From the IMG/VR virus record IMGVR_UViG_3300042451_001437: a DNA stretch of 64,000 bases; one strand, written 5' to 3'. Below the pieces are notes generated by a model. The model worked only from the letters and a program-made list of their open reading frames with translations, was not told the origin of the DNA and searched no databases. The translations under genes were made by a program, and so were the position numbers. Positions within the stretch are counted from its first letter, which is position 1; each line of letters opens with the position of its first letter. Positions 1-8,360 of this stretch are shown here, piece by piece. Source of the stretch: an uncultured virus (IMG/VR IMGVR_UViG_3300042451_001437). Lineage: Duplodnaviria > Heunggongvirae > Uroviricota > Caudoviricetes.

Positions 1-779
1 GGTAAAAACCCTTCTTGAACTAAAGTTTCGTACATGCAGTCTGAAAGTTGTTTATTTTCCATAATACCGCTCATGCATTTTGATGCGAATTCGGGCGTTA
101 ATTGTATGTTTTCCATAGTATTTGTATTTTCTAAGTTTTTATTTTCTTCTGTATAATTTTCATCCAATAATTCGATGGATTCATTTAATTGTTCAATAAC
201 GGATTCATTGATATTTTCCATTTTAACCATATCAATTGTTTCTGCTAAATATTTTTCTCTGATTAATTTTGCAATAAATTCTGGTGTTTTACCAGTTTCC
301 TCTGCAATGTGTGAGCAATATCCGTAGCAATTTTCACACATATGTTCTTTACCCTCACCAATAAGCTTGATTGGTTTATCAGTAGCTCCTTGTGAGCAGT
401 ATGGGAATGCAAGACATTTAGGTTCAATAGCAACCAAATGGCCACCATTATAAGCTGGTTTTTGTTTTAAATCACCACCAAACCATTCTAATAAATCCCC
501 TTCAGTAACTAAATTACCTTCGGTACTATATAAATGCTCTTTAACGTAACCTTGTGGTGGTACAGCTATTCTACCAACACCAACACCATTTTTAACACTA
601 GAGTCTTTCCATGTATGGAAAAGTCTACTGTTTAATTTCTTTTTTGAAATTCTACCTAAAGGCCCAATAAACCCACCATAGGTTGGGCTACCTGGATCAC
701 CTAAAACAGAAGCAACAGAAGCTGATTCATTAACCACCTTTTTTTCAGTAATGCTTTTTAAAAAATCTTCTTTTTTCAT
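1..779 (-). CDS. Hypothetical protein, 3'-truncated by the window edge (>259 aa); Cys-rich, possible internal head protein
   Basis: Not in the ORF track. Hand translation from ATG at 779 (MKKEDFLKSITEKKVVNESA...KCLAFPYCSQG...HMCENCYGYCSH...LVQEGFL) stays open to position 1. Start overlaps the upstream stop (TAATG). Confidence 0.85.
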   Translation of the reverse strand, partial: MKKEDFLKSITEKKVVNESASVASVLGDPGSPTYGGFIGPLGRISKKKLNSRLFHTWKDSSVKNGVGVGRIAVPPQGYVKEHLYSTEGNLVTEGDLLEWFGGDLKQKPAYNGGHLVAIEPKCLAFPYCSQGATDKPIKLIGEGKEHMCENCYGYCSHIAEETGKTPEFIAKLIREKYLAETIDMVKMENINESVIEQLNESIELLDENYTEENKNLENTNTMENIQLTPEFASKCMSGIMENKQLSDCMYETLVQEGFL

Positions 780-1117
780 TAATTAGGAGAATTTTTAAGG
801 TCATTTACCCAGAAACTTCTTCTGGTCCATAACTGTTTATATAATTGAACTAACACATTTCTAGTTATTTCAACCACTTTATTTTCAAGATCTTTGTTAG
901 TTTTAACAGTATCTTTTACAATATCTTTTACCTTCGTTTCAAACTGTGAACCACGAGTAATATTTAAGAAATCTTTTATCTCATTCTTAATTAAAACCTT
1001 AATATCGCTCTTATCCGTTGGGCTAAGGGCTTCATTAATTGGTGTCTTAGTGTCCATTTCAACCAAACATTCTTTCAAATATTGGTCTAATTGGGTATCA
1101 GTTATTTTAACTTTCAT
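779..1117 (-). CDS. Hypothetical protein (112 aa), possible head-associated protein
   Basis: Full ORF with ATG, preceded by TATTTATA motif, translationally coupled to the next gene. Confidence 0.75.
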   Translation of the reverse strand: MKVKITDTQLDQYLKECLVEMDTKTPINEALSPTDKSDIKVLIKNEIKDFLNITRGSQFETKVKDIVKDTVKTNKDLENKVVEITRNVLVQLYKQLWTRRSFWVNDLKNSPN

Positions 1118-1132
1118 GGTACGTTTTATTAA

Positions 1133-1140
1133 TATAAATA
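1133..1140 (-). promoter_or_regulatory. Putative phage late-promoter motif TATTTATA
   Basis: 15 nt upstream of ATG 1117. Same core recurs in 7 of 11 intergenic gaps >25 nt. Confidence 0.6.
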
Positions 1141-1158
1141 GTCTTTAAATCGGAAATG

Positions 1159-1566
1159 TTACAATAAAAGTAGTATTGTTAGTATAAAAATACCCCCGCT
1201 TGTTATGTAGGAAATATTTCTTTGTTTTTTATAAACCTTTATGTTATGATTTAAATCCGAAATGTGGTTATCTTTTGTTTCAATAACTTTGTCTTTAGTC
1301 GTTATAATAGTGTCTTTTTCTGTTATAATACCCTTCTGATCAATAATGATACTATCTTTTTCTAAAGACTGCTTTGTTATTAAATTAAGACTATCCCTGG
1401 TAACACCTATTTCAGCTTTTAATAACTGATGATCCTTTTTGAGGATTAGTGCGTTTCTTATGGCTGTGCAAGGTACACAGCAGGTTGAATCATTTAAATT
1501 CGTCTGCGAAAGAGCTGGAGAGCTCACTGCTAGACATAGCATTAATACGATTAATATCTTGTTCAT
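1159..1566 (-). CDS. Exported coiled-coil protein with N-terminal signal peptide and C-terminal hydrophobic helix (spanin-like candidate)
   Basis: MNKILIVLMLCLAVSSPALS signal-like N-terminus, heptad-rich middle, C-terminal GGIFILTILLLL. Overlaps the upstream gene by 77 nt. Confidence 0.55.
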   Translation of the reverse strand: MNKILIVLMLCLAVSSPALSQTNLNDSTCCVPCTAIRNALILKKDHQLLKAEIGVTRDSLNLITKQSLEKDSIIIDQKGIITEKDTIITTKDKVIETKDNHISDLNHNIKVYKKQRNISYITSGGIFILTILLLL

Positions 1567-1828
1567 GTGCCTTTTTTTCTTTATTTAATTTATTTTTTAA
1601 GCCAGCTAATTCAACACCATAAGCCGCAATTTTAGCGTTTCTATTATCAACAGATTTATTTAATGAATCTATTTTTAAATTACTTTTTGTAATAGCTAAA
1701 TTTAATGAGTCAATTGTTTTTTGGTAGTGACTGGTGTCAATAACACCGCCAGTTTTTTTAAAAACACTCATGTAAATAAGAAAACTAATACCAGCAAAAA
1801 AAATTAAAAAAATTATATTTTTTTTCAT
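1490..1828 (-). CDS. Membrane-anchored coiled-coil protein (i-spanin-like candidate)
   Basis: One N-terminal TM helix (IIFLIFFAGISFLIYMSVF) followed by a coiled coil. Lies near the amidase gene. Confidence 0.55.
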   Translation of the reverse strand: MKKNIIFLIFFAGISFLIYMSVFKKTGGVIDTSHYQKTIDSLNLAITKSNLKIDSLNKSVDNRNAKIAAYGVELAGLKNKLNKEKKAHEQDINRINAMSSSELSSSFADEFK

Positions 1829-2385
1829 TACACAGGGGTTTGTTTACTTTGTGTTACTTTTACTAAATTATTTCTACCTATCTGTGGATCAGCATATGAT
1901 CTACTAATACCATTTAATAAATTTAAGAAATCTTGGTTTAAAATCAAGGTTCCACCAATTAAATTAATCTTAGGGTCTTCCTCATCCGTGTCAATCATAA
2001 TTGACTTAACACCATCTAATGTTGGGTTTTTAATAACCTCTGCGGTTATAATAACACGTCCGTTTTCTAATCTAATATTAACGTAAGGTAACATTAACCC
2101 AGTATTACCGATAAAATCACCAACAGCTTTTGTAAACTCAGCTTTACTTTCATCAGATAACTGAGCATCATCAGCTTTACTTAAATAACCAACTGTATTG
2201 ATGTTATCGAATGTTAATTCCTCACCATCTTTACTTTGAACTTGCTCTGGTTCAGTTTTAATCATTTCATCATTCTCATTTAATAATGATGATGTTGTTT
2301 TTCTAAGTGACTGCTCTAATTGAACGGTTCTAACTTTGTGTAATAATGACTTAATGTCATCATAGCTCTTATCGTAATTGTTCAT
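1828..2385 (-). CDS. Hypothetical protein (185 aa)
   Basis: Full ORF coupled to both neighbours. N-terminal segment ends in LLNE. Confidence 0.75.
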   Translation of the reverse strand: MNNYDKSYDDIKSLLHKVRTVQLEQSLRKTTSSLLNENDEMIKTEPEQVQSKDGEELTFDNINTVGYLSKADDAQLSDESKAEFTKAVGDFIGNTGLMLPYVNIRLENGRVIITAEVIKNPTLDGVKSIMIDTDEEDPKINLIGGTLILNQDFLNLLNGISRSYADPQIGRNNLVKVTQSKQTPV

Positions 2386-2995
2386 ATTTGTATTCCTTAT
2401 TTATTAATTCATTTATTTTCTTAAAATCGGCTGCTGGGGATAAATCATAGTTGTTTTTTGTGTAGTTACTCCTATTCAATATACCCTTTTGATAATTTGG
2501 CTTGTTTATAACAATATTATTACCTATAAAATCTTTTATTATACTATATTCTATACATAAATAGTCTATTAATTCCGCAAGTTTCGTATACTGTTCCTCG
2601 GAATATGTGGCCCAATGTTTTTTATTTCTCCAAGGTATTTCAATCACATCACCAACATATTCAGAACCCTTCCAGGTGAAATATTTTTCCAAACCAATAT
2701 CCTTTGTTAACCAACCCACGTTCTCCAAACAAATGGTTATTGAGTTTTTCTCAATTTGTTGCTCCCACATCATCAAACTATAGTATTTCGGATCGAAGTG
2801 TTGGTATATTTCACCATTTTGTGAAATAAAAAAACACGGTAATCGGTTATATTTACCGTTGTACCGTGTTTCGATTTTTGCCAAGTACTCTTCTTTGGTA
2901 CATGACGTATGTGTAAGAATTATTTGCTTCTTTTTAGTTTTGTTTTTTTGTATACGCTCACCACTTTCAAAATAATATTCCTTATTGACCACCAT
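2369..2995 (-). CDS. N-acetylmuramoyl-L-alanine amidase-like protein (Amidase_2/PGRP fold), catalytic site degenerate
   Basis: QIILTHTS, FFISQNGEIYQ, NSITICLEN, YSEEQYTKLAELIDYL and DLSP motifs match the Amidase_2 layout. Confidence 0.75.
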   Translation of the reverse strand: MVVNKEYYFESGERIQKNKTKKKQIILTHTSCTKEEYLAKIETRYNGKYNRLPCFFISQNGEIYQHFDPKYYSLMMWEQQIEKNSITICLENVGWLTKDIGLEKYFTWKGSEYVGDVIEIPWRNKKHWATYSEEQYTKLAELIDYLCIEYSIIKDFIGNNIVINKPNYQKGILNRSNYTKNNYDLSPAADFKKINELINKEYKYEQLR

Positions 2996-3821
2996 CTTTA
3001 GTAAAAACCATAATATTTTCTATTCCGTTATTATTAATCTCATTAGTTTTATCGTAAACGGGATAGTTTTCTGGATTCTCTTCAATAGGTTCTTCTTTAT
3101 CATCAGAAAAACTCTCATCCACAGCTTCGGGTGCTTCTGGGGCGATTTGCATATTAATTAAGCACTCTTCCTCAAAATCATCATCCACATCCTCACTAGC
3201 TTCATACGGTGTAAACGCTAGGGCTGTTGGTTCGTTTTCTAAATCTTCTTCTGTAATTTCAGTTAATTTACCCTCTTTACGTAATTCGTCAACTTTCTCC
3301 CAAACCTTTTTAGCTTCTTCATTTAAATTTGATTGTGTAACCGAATCAGTTATTTGGTCGTTTACCGTGGTTGTTGTTTCATCCTCTGGTCTTATATAGT
3401 CAACCAATGATTTAATAAAACCTAGGGCAACTAATGGTAAAATAGCACCACTTACAATGGATAGTACTCTTTTTTGTTCGATGGGTTCGCTATCAACCAA
3501 ACCAAATAATTCAATCCATGATTGGTAATTAGTTAAGTGGGTGTAAGCAAAAAATGCGTTACCCATTGCTTGCATAGCTGTCAATATAAAGAATAAAGCC
3601 CATACGATACCCTTATTCATTTTCTTAAGCGCTATTATAGACGCTAAAGACGCAGCGGCACCAATTTCAAAAGCTACTGCCAATGTGACAGCCAACCATT
3701 TCGGATTTGACAACTCAAAGAAATCAATTACGTGGATTGTTGATATCAGAGATACCATCACATATAATGTGACAAATGTACCAATAATAAAATTTCTTGT
3801 TAATTTATTCTCTGTTTGCAT
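2982..3821 (-). CDS. Four-TM membrane protein with long acidic C-terminal tail (holin/antiholin candidate)
   Basis: Four hydrophobic segments in the first ~140 aa, then a D/E-rich tail. Directly upstream of the amidase. Confidence 0.6.
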   Translation of the reverse strand: MQTENKLTRNFIIGTFVTLYVMVSLISTIHVIDFFELSNPKWLAVTLAVAFEIGAAASLASIIALKKMNKGIVWALFFILTAMQAMGNAFFAYTHLTNYQSWIELFGLVDSEPIEQKRVLSIVSGAILPLVALGFIKSLVDYIRPEDETTTTVNDQITDSVTQSNLNEEAKKVWEKVDELRKEGKLTEITEEDLENEPTALAFTPYEASEDVDDDFEEECLINMQIAPEAPEAVDESFSDDKEEPIEENPENYPVYDKTNEINNNGIENIMVFTKDGGQ

Positions 3822-3828
3822 TTTAATT

Positions 3829-4122
3829 TTATTTATTTTCCAAAGCGTTTATTTCTTTATCAATCTCAGCTTGTCTGGTAACATCTAACATTTTTCTATC
3901 GGTTGATTGGATCATACGTTTTTCAGCTCTAAGACCTTCAAGTCTTAAATCTTCGTGTGTAACTATCATCATTTCTAATGAATCAACTTTGTTAGACATT
4001 TTGTCAATTCTCTTATTCAGACTTCTTACATCGCTATTACATGTTCTCATGAATAGTAATACTAACATAACCAAGACTATCTTGGTAAAATGTTTGTTCA
4101 AAATTTGTTCGATTTTGTTCAT
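3829..4122 (-). CDS. Membrane-anchored or lipoprotein-like coiled-coil protein (97 aa)
   Basis: Hydrophobic IVLVMLVLLFM followed by RTC (non-canonical lipobox-like Cys), then a coiled coil. Confidence 0.6.
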   Translation of the reverse strand: MNKIEQILNKHFTKIVLVMLVLLFMRTCNSDVRSLNKRIDKMSNKVDSLEMMIVTHEDLRLEGLRAEKRMIQSTDRKMLDVTRQAEIDKEINALENK

Positions 4123-4125
4123 ACT

Positions 4126-4133
4126 TATAAATA
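4126..4133 (-). promoter_or_regulatory. Putative phage late-promoter motif TATTTATA
   Basis: Only 3 nt upstream of ATG 4122, heading the membrane/amidase cluster. Confidence 0.55.
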
Positions 4134-4151
4134 TTTAGTTTTTAATTAAAA

Positions 4152-4958
4152 TTACAATAAATTAAAGATTCCCCCAGAATAGAACCTAAGTTTCTTAATA
4201 GCTTTTTCCTTAATTTGCCTAACACGTTCCTTGGTTAACTCTAAATCTTCAGATATCTCTTGTAAGGTACATTCGTTACCATCTAACCCAAAATATCTAA
4301 CAACTACAAGCTTTTCAGTTTCAGTTAGGTTATTTAAAACGTTATTTAATGCGTTAATTAAATTAACCCTATCACTGTCATACGCATCATCTGGTCTTGG
4401 TGATGACTTGTCTTCATAAATATCATATAAAGATAGACCCTCATCATCATATTTATCATCCAATCTTTCAACAGATGGTAAATTTGAAAACCCGTTAATG
4501 ACATCATTCTCAGTCATAGAGGCAAAATTCTTTTGAGCTTCTTTGTTGGCTTTACGAACATCATTAATGACATTGATTGGTAATCTAATCATTCTTGAGT
4601 TATCGTGCAATGATTGGATGATGGATTGCTTAACCCACCAAACAGCATAGGATAGGAATCTAACCTCATCCTGTTCATAATTAAACCTCTCAGCCGCCTT
4701 TAACAAACCAAGGTTACCCTCAGATATTAAGTCCTCAAAATTTAAACCTTGACCTTGATATTGTTTCGCTACAGTAATGACATATCTAAGATTCGAATAG
4801 ATTAATTTTTCTTTGGCCTTAGCATCCCCAAGTCGGATTTGCTTAAGCAATTCACGTTCCTCAAGTCTACTAAGTGGTTCATGTTTTCTTACGTCTTGTA
4901 AGTAATTTGCGATCTCTCTTTGATCGATCCAGTGTGATGTGTCAATTTTCTGTGTCAT
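4152..4958 (-). CDS. RNA polymerase sigma-70 factor (RpoD-like, no region 1.1)
   Basis: Region 1.2 YLQDVRKHEPLS; region 2 SNLRYVITVAKQYQGQGL..DLISEGNLGLLKAAERF..FLSYAVWW; RMIRLP; region 4 TLQEISEDLELTKERVRQIKEKAIKKLR. Confidence 0.95.
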   Translation of the reverse strand: MTQKIDTSHWIDQREIANYLQDVRKHEPLSRLEERELLKQIRLGDAKAKEKLIYSNLRYVITVAKQYQGQGLNFEDLISEGNLGLLKAAERFNYEQDEVRFLSYAVWWVKQSIIQSLHDNSRMIRLPINVINDVRKANKEAQKNFASMTENDVINGFSNLPSVERLDDKYDDEGLSLYDIYEDKSSPRPDDAYDSDRVNLINALNNVLNNLTETEKLVVVRYFGLDGNECTLQEISEDLELTKERVRQIKEKAIKKLRFYSGGIFNLL

Positions 4959-5568
4959 TTTCCGTATTGTAGCGTTTTAAAATTAATTTTTCTTCTTCTG
5001 TTAAACTGTCGTAACCGTATTCAATTATCTTATCAAGTATCGGATCAATAATATCCATATTGATTTTCACATCCCTTTGTTTGTCTTTCTGTTCACTAGC
5101 GTTCTTTATTTCTTCTTCCAATAAAGCGATATACTGTTCCCTGGCTTTTGCTACTAAATCAACAAAATATTGTATTTTGTTTAATGTTAGTTCGTTGTGT
5201 CTTTTTGGGCCATCTGAGTACAGATGTTTATAATATTGGTCCGTAACATGCTTTGAGTACTTTTCTTTCGTTATATCAAATAAAAAGAATGATTCTGTGT
5301 ATTCGGAGTACATCTTCTTGAAGAACTTATCCAAAAACTTCATCTTTTCTTTTGAGTGGAAAATCAATATTATTGACGCTGGCCCAAAAATCCACTTAAG
5401 CTGATGTTCATTATCTAATATCGGCTTTAGCCCATGCTTAAAATTGTCGGGGTATTTACCGACAAAAAACATGATATATTTTCTTGGTCTTTTGCCAAAT
5501 ATTTTATTAAAAAATAAATACACCTCATATTTTATCTTGAAAACTATCCAGTCTATTATCTTAATCAT
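4942..5568 (-). CDS. Hypothetical protein with C-terminal DUF6576-like motif
   Basis: C-terminal IDPILDKIIEYGYDSLTEEEKLIL resembles the motif at the end of Bacteroidota rhomboid proteases. Confidence 0.65.
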   Translation of the reverse strand: MIKIIDWIVFKIKYEVYLFFNKIFGKRPRKYIMFFVGKYPDNFKHGLKPILDNEHQLKWIFGPASIILIFHSKEKMKFLDKFFKKMYSEYTESFFLFDITKEKYSKHVTDQYYKHLYSDGPKRHNELTLNKIQYFVDLVAKAREQYIALLEEEIKNASEQKDKQRDVKINMDIIDPILDKIIEYGYDSLTEEEKLILKRYNTENDTEN

Positions 5569-7945
5569 TTAACTCAACCACTTTTGAAATGTTATCTGTT
5601 TTTTCAACCCTTACTATATGATCAGCCCAGTCTTGAACATATGGGTTATGACTAATTACCCAAATATGTTCAAATAACGTCTTCAATTTATCGAAGAACA
5701 TACCTAATCTATCCAAATTATCGTTAGATACTTTACCAGTTACCTCATCAAAGATGATAATATTTGGTTTAGGTAATGAACAAACTTTACTCAACACACA
5801 TCTTAACGCCAATGAGCTAACCGTTTTTTCGTACCCAGAGCCAGATGCCAATGGTTTTTCAACACCACTCTCGCAATCTATCATCCAAAACTCAATCTCG
5901 TTCTTATCATTCATACGCATTTCAAGATCAAAATCACAAGTATCCGACAAAAGTATTTTTAAATGGCTGTTGATTAAAGGTATCATTGTACCAAGTACCA
6001 TTTTAGAAATACCATTTTTTCCGTAGACATCAAGGTAAACCCTAAATATTTTATCAACTACTTCTTCTCTTTTAAGTTCAGTTAATAAACCATTGTACTC
6101 AGTTATTTTGGTTTCAGATAATTCAATGTCTTTTTTCAAACCATTGATCTGTAACATCAAACCTTCCTTTTCGTTAGTCTCATTCTCAACCCTGAATTTC
6201 AATCTTTGTAAATCGGTGTCAATGATTTTGTTCTTTTCCAAAGCTTCCTTAGCCAAACGATAAGCTTTTAACTTCTCTTTACCACGATCCAAACTACCGC
6301 TATAGTTTGTTAACTCCATCTCTTTGTTTTGCAACAATAGCTCAGCTTTGTTATAAGCATCCCATAGGTTTTTCAACGTATCATAACTCGCTATTTTATC
6401 AGACAACGTAGTTATCAAATTCGCTGCTTTTTTATACGCAGTATTTTTTGTTTTTAACTTTTTATCGTTTTCAGCAATTTCTTTTTTGTGGTCGACACCC
6501 TCTAATGGTCTTTGGCAAGATTGGCATATTTCACCATCTTCGAGCATTTTGATTGTTCTTTCAATCGCTGCTATCTCTAATTTTAGCTCAATCTCCTTTT
6601 CTCTCGCATCACGCAAACCAGAAACTGCCGTTGCATAAGCATCCACATCAAATTGTTCAGATGGTACTGGATTTTCCTTCTTTAGTTGTTCAATCTCCTC
6701 TTTTTTAGTTTTGATTAGACCATCAACTTTTTCGATACCAGCCATGATAGAATCCTCGTCAACCTTATACATTTCTGTATCAACATTATTAATGCGGACA
6801 CTATTTAATCTATCCCTTTCCTCATCAAATGATTTTAATAAATCAACTTTAGCTTTAAGGTTAACATTCAATCCATCAATAAAATCATTGTTGTTTTTAA
6901 TCTTATCGTTTTCAACATCAATCTTAGCAAGAATATCCTGTGAGTTATTGTGATATAACTTAGATTTTTCTTTCCATTCCTGGTGTTTTTTCTTAGCAAT
7001 TTTTTCTTTTTCCCTGAAAAACTCTAACCCAATGAATTTTGTTAAGATTCTACCACGCTCAGTTGGTTTGGTTTTGATTAGATCATCCAAGTTGTCACCA
7101 GTAGTTAAAATAGTGATTAAGAAATCCTCGTATGAACCAACATAAGTTTTAATTAAATCGTCAGTGAACTTTCTTTGTTCGCCATTCAATTGTTTAACAC
7201 CACCTTTTGGTAACACCTGATAGAAGTCCAATTCACTCTTACATGTGTACTCACCATTTCTACCCTGTTTTCTGTTGATCTTTCTGCTGATGATATAGTT
7301 ATCACCCTCAATTTCAACCATACCCTTAACACTAACAGTATCCTCACCACTGAATCGGTTAAACACATCTTCCATCTTATCAGTCTTTGATGTAACACCA
7401 AAGAATAGGAATAGTAATAAGTCAACTGTCATGGTTGTTTTACCACCGAAGTTAGCTGGGTTTGATACAACAGATGTGATACCCATTTTATCGGTAAAAT
7501 CAATCCTGTTATTCTCACCAAAAGATAAGAAGTTAGAAAACTGTATTTGCTTAATTTTAAACTTCTTGTACCTGTTTGTCTGCTCTTTATAATCTTCCAA
7601 TTCAACGTTTACGGAAGTATCCAATTTCATCAAGTAATCAATCGGAACATCGATATTTTGGTCCTTAAGATAACTTTCAATCAATTGTTTTTGATAGTTT
7701 TCGTCCAAGATAACTTCAGAAGCATCCGCAGTACCTTCAGCCACAACATCACTATTTTTTATTGATATTGGTTTAAAGATTACCTTGACCTTATTAGTTT
7801 TGTACTTATTCTGAAAGTACTTCTCAATTTGTTTCTCTTTGTGTGTTGAGTGGTTGTCTAATGTATCTTCCCAGATAACTTTAATCTGGTTGTTACTATC
7901 ATACAAATCAACTTCGTTTATTTTAGATTTCGTCATATACGTCAT
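5561..7945 (-). CDS. sbcC: SbcC/Rad50/gp46-like ATPase with ~128-aa N-terminal extension
   Basis: FSNFLSFG, Walker A NFGGKTT, long coiled coils with CQSC zinc hook, signature SGSGYE, Walker B IIIFDE, H-loop VISH. Confidence 0.92.
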   Translation of the reverse strand: MTYMTKSKINEVDLYDSNNQIKVIWEDTLDNHSTHKEKQIEKYFQNKYKTNKVKVIFKPISIKNSDVVAEGTADASEVILDENYQKQLIESYLKDQNIDVPIDYLMKLDTSVNVELEDYKEQTNRYKKFKIKQIQFSNFLSFGENNRIDFTDKMGITSVVSNPANFGGKTTMTVDLLLFLFFGVTSKTDKMEDVFNRFSGEDTVSVKGMVEIEGDNYIISRKINRKQGRNGEYTCKSELDFYQVLPKGGVKQLNGEQRKFTDDLIKTYVGSYEDFLITILTTGDNLDDLIKTKPTERGRILTKFIGLEFFREKEKIAKKKHQEWKEKSKLYHNNSQDILAKIDVENDKIKNNNDFIDGLNVNLKAKVDLLKSFDEERDRLNSVRINNVDTEMYKVDEDSIMAGIEKVDGLIKTKKEEIEQLKKENPVPSEQFDVDAYATAVSGLRDAREKEIELKLEIAAIERTIKMLEDGEICQSCQRPLEGVDHKKEIAENDKKLKTKNTAYKKAANLITTLSDKIASYDTLKNLWDAYNKAELLLQNKEMELTNYSGSLDRGKEKLKAYRLAKEALEKNKIIDTDLQRLKFRVENETNEKEGLMLQINGLKKDIELSETKITEYNGLLTELKREEVVDKIFRVYLDVYGKNGISKMVLGTMIPLINSHLKILLSDTCDFDLEMRMNDKNEIEFWMIDCESGVEKPLASGSGYEKTVSSLALRCVLSKVCSLPKPNIIIFDEVTGKVSNDNLDRLGMFFDKLKTLFEHIWVISHNPYVQDWADHIVRVEKTDNISKVVELND

Positions 7946-8360
7946 AATTATCTTTAGGTTGTTTCTTTACTAATGTTACAGGTTTTTTTACTGGCTTTGG
8001 TTCTTCTTGTTTTATTTCGTAAACAGGTTCCTTTGGTTGTTCTGTGATTTCTTCTTGCACAACAGGTTGTTCAACAACAGGCTCTACAACTTTTTTCTTT
8101 CTACCACCCTTCTTCTTCGGTTCTTCTATTACAACAGGTTCCTCAACAGGTAAGTTTTCTTTTTCCGCTGGTGGTCCATTAAAGATCATATCAGCTTCAG
8201 TTTTATTAAAAAACATAGCAAATGATTCACCATATTTTTTTAAATCAAAACCTTTTCTGAGTGTCTTATTTATGAAATCATCAACATCAGTTATTTGATT
8301 TGCTCTACAAAAATCCACTATATCCTCATACAAGGATGTTTCTATGTTAACGTTACGCAT
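7923..8360 (-). CDS. Hypothetical protein with P/E/V/K-rich disordered C-terminus
   Basis: 145-aa ORF overlapping both sbcD and sbcC ends. Confidence 0.75.
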   Translation of the reverse strand: MRNVNIETSLYEDIVDFCRANQITDVDDFINKTLRKGFDLKKYGESFAMFFNKTEADMIFNGPPAEKENLPVEEPVVIEEPKKKGGRKKKVVEPVVEQPVVQEEITEQPKEPVYEIKQEEPKPVKKPVTLVKKQPKDNYDVYDEI

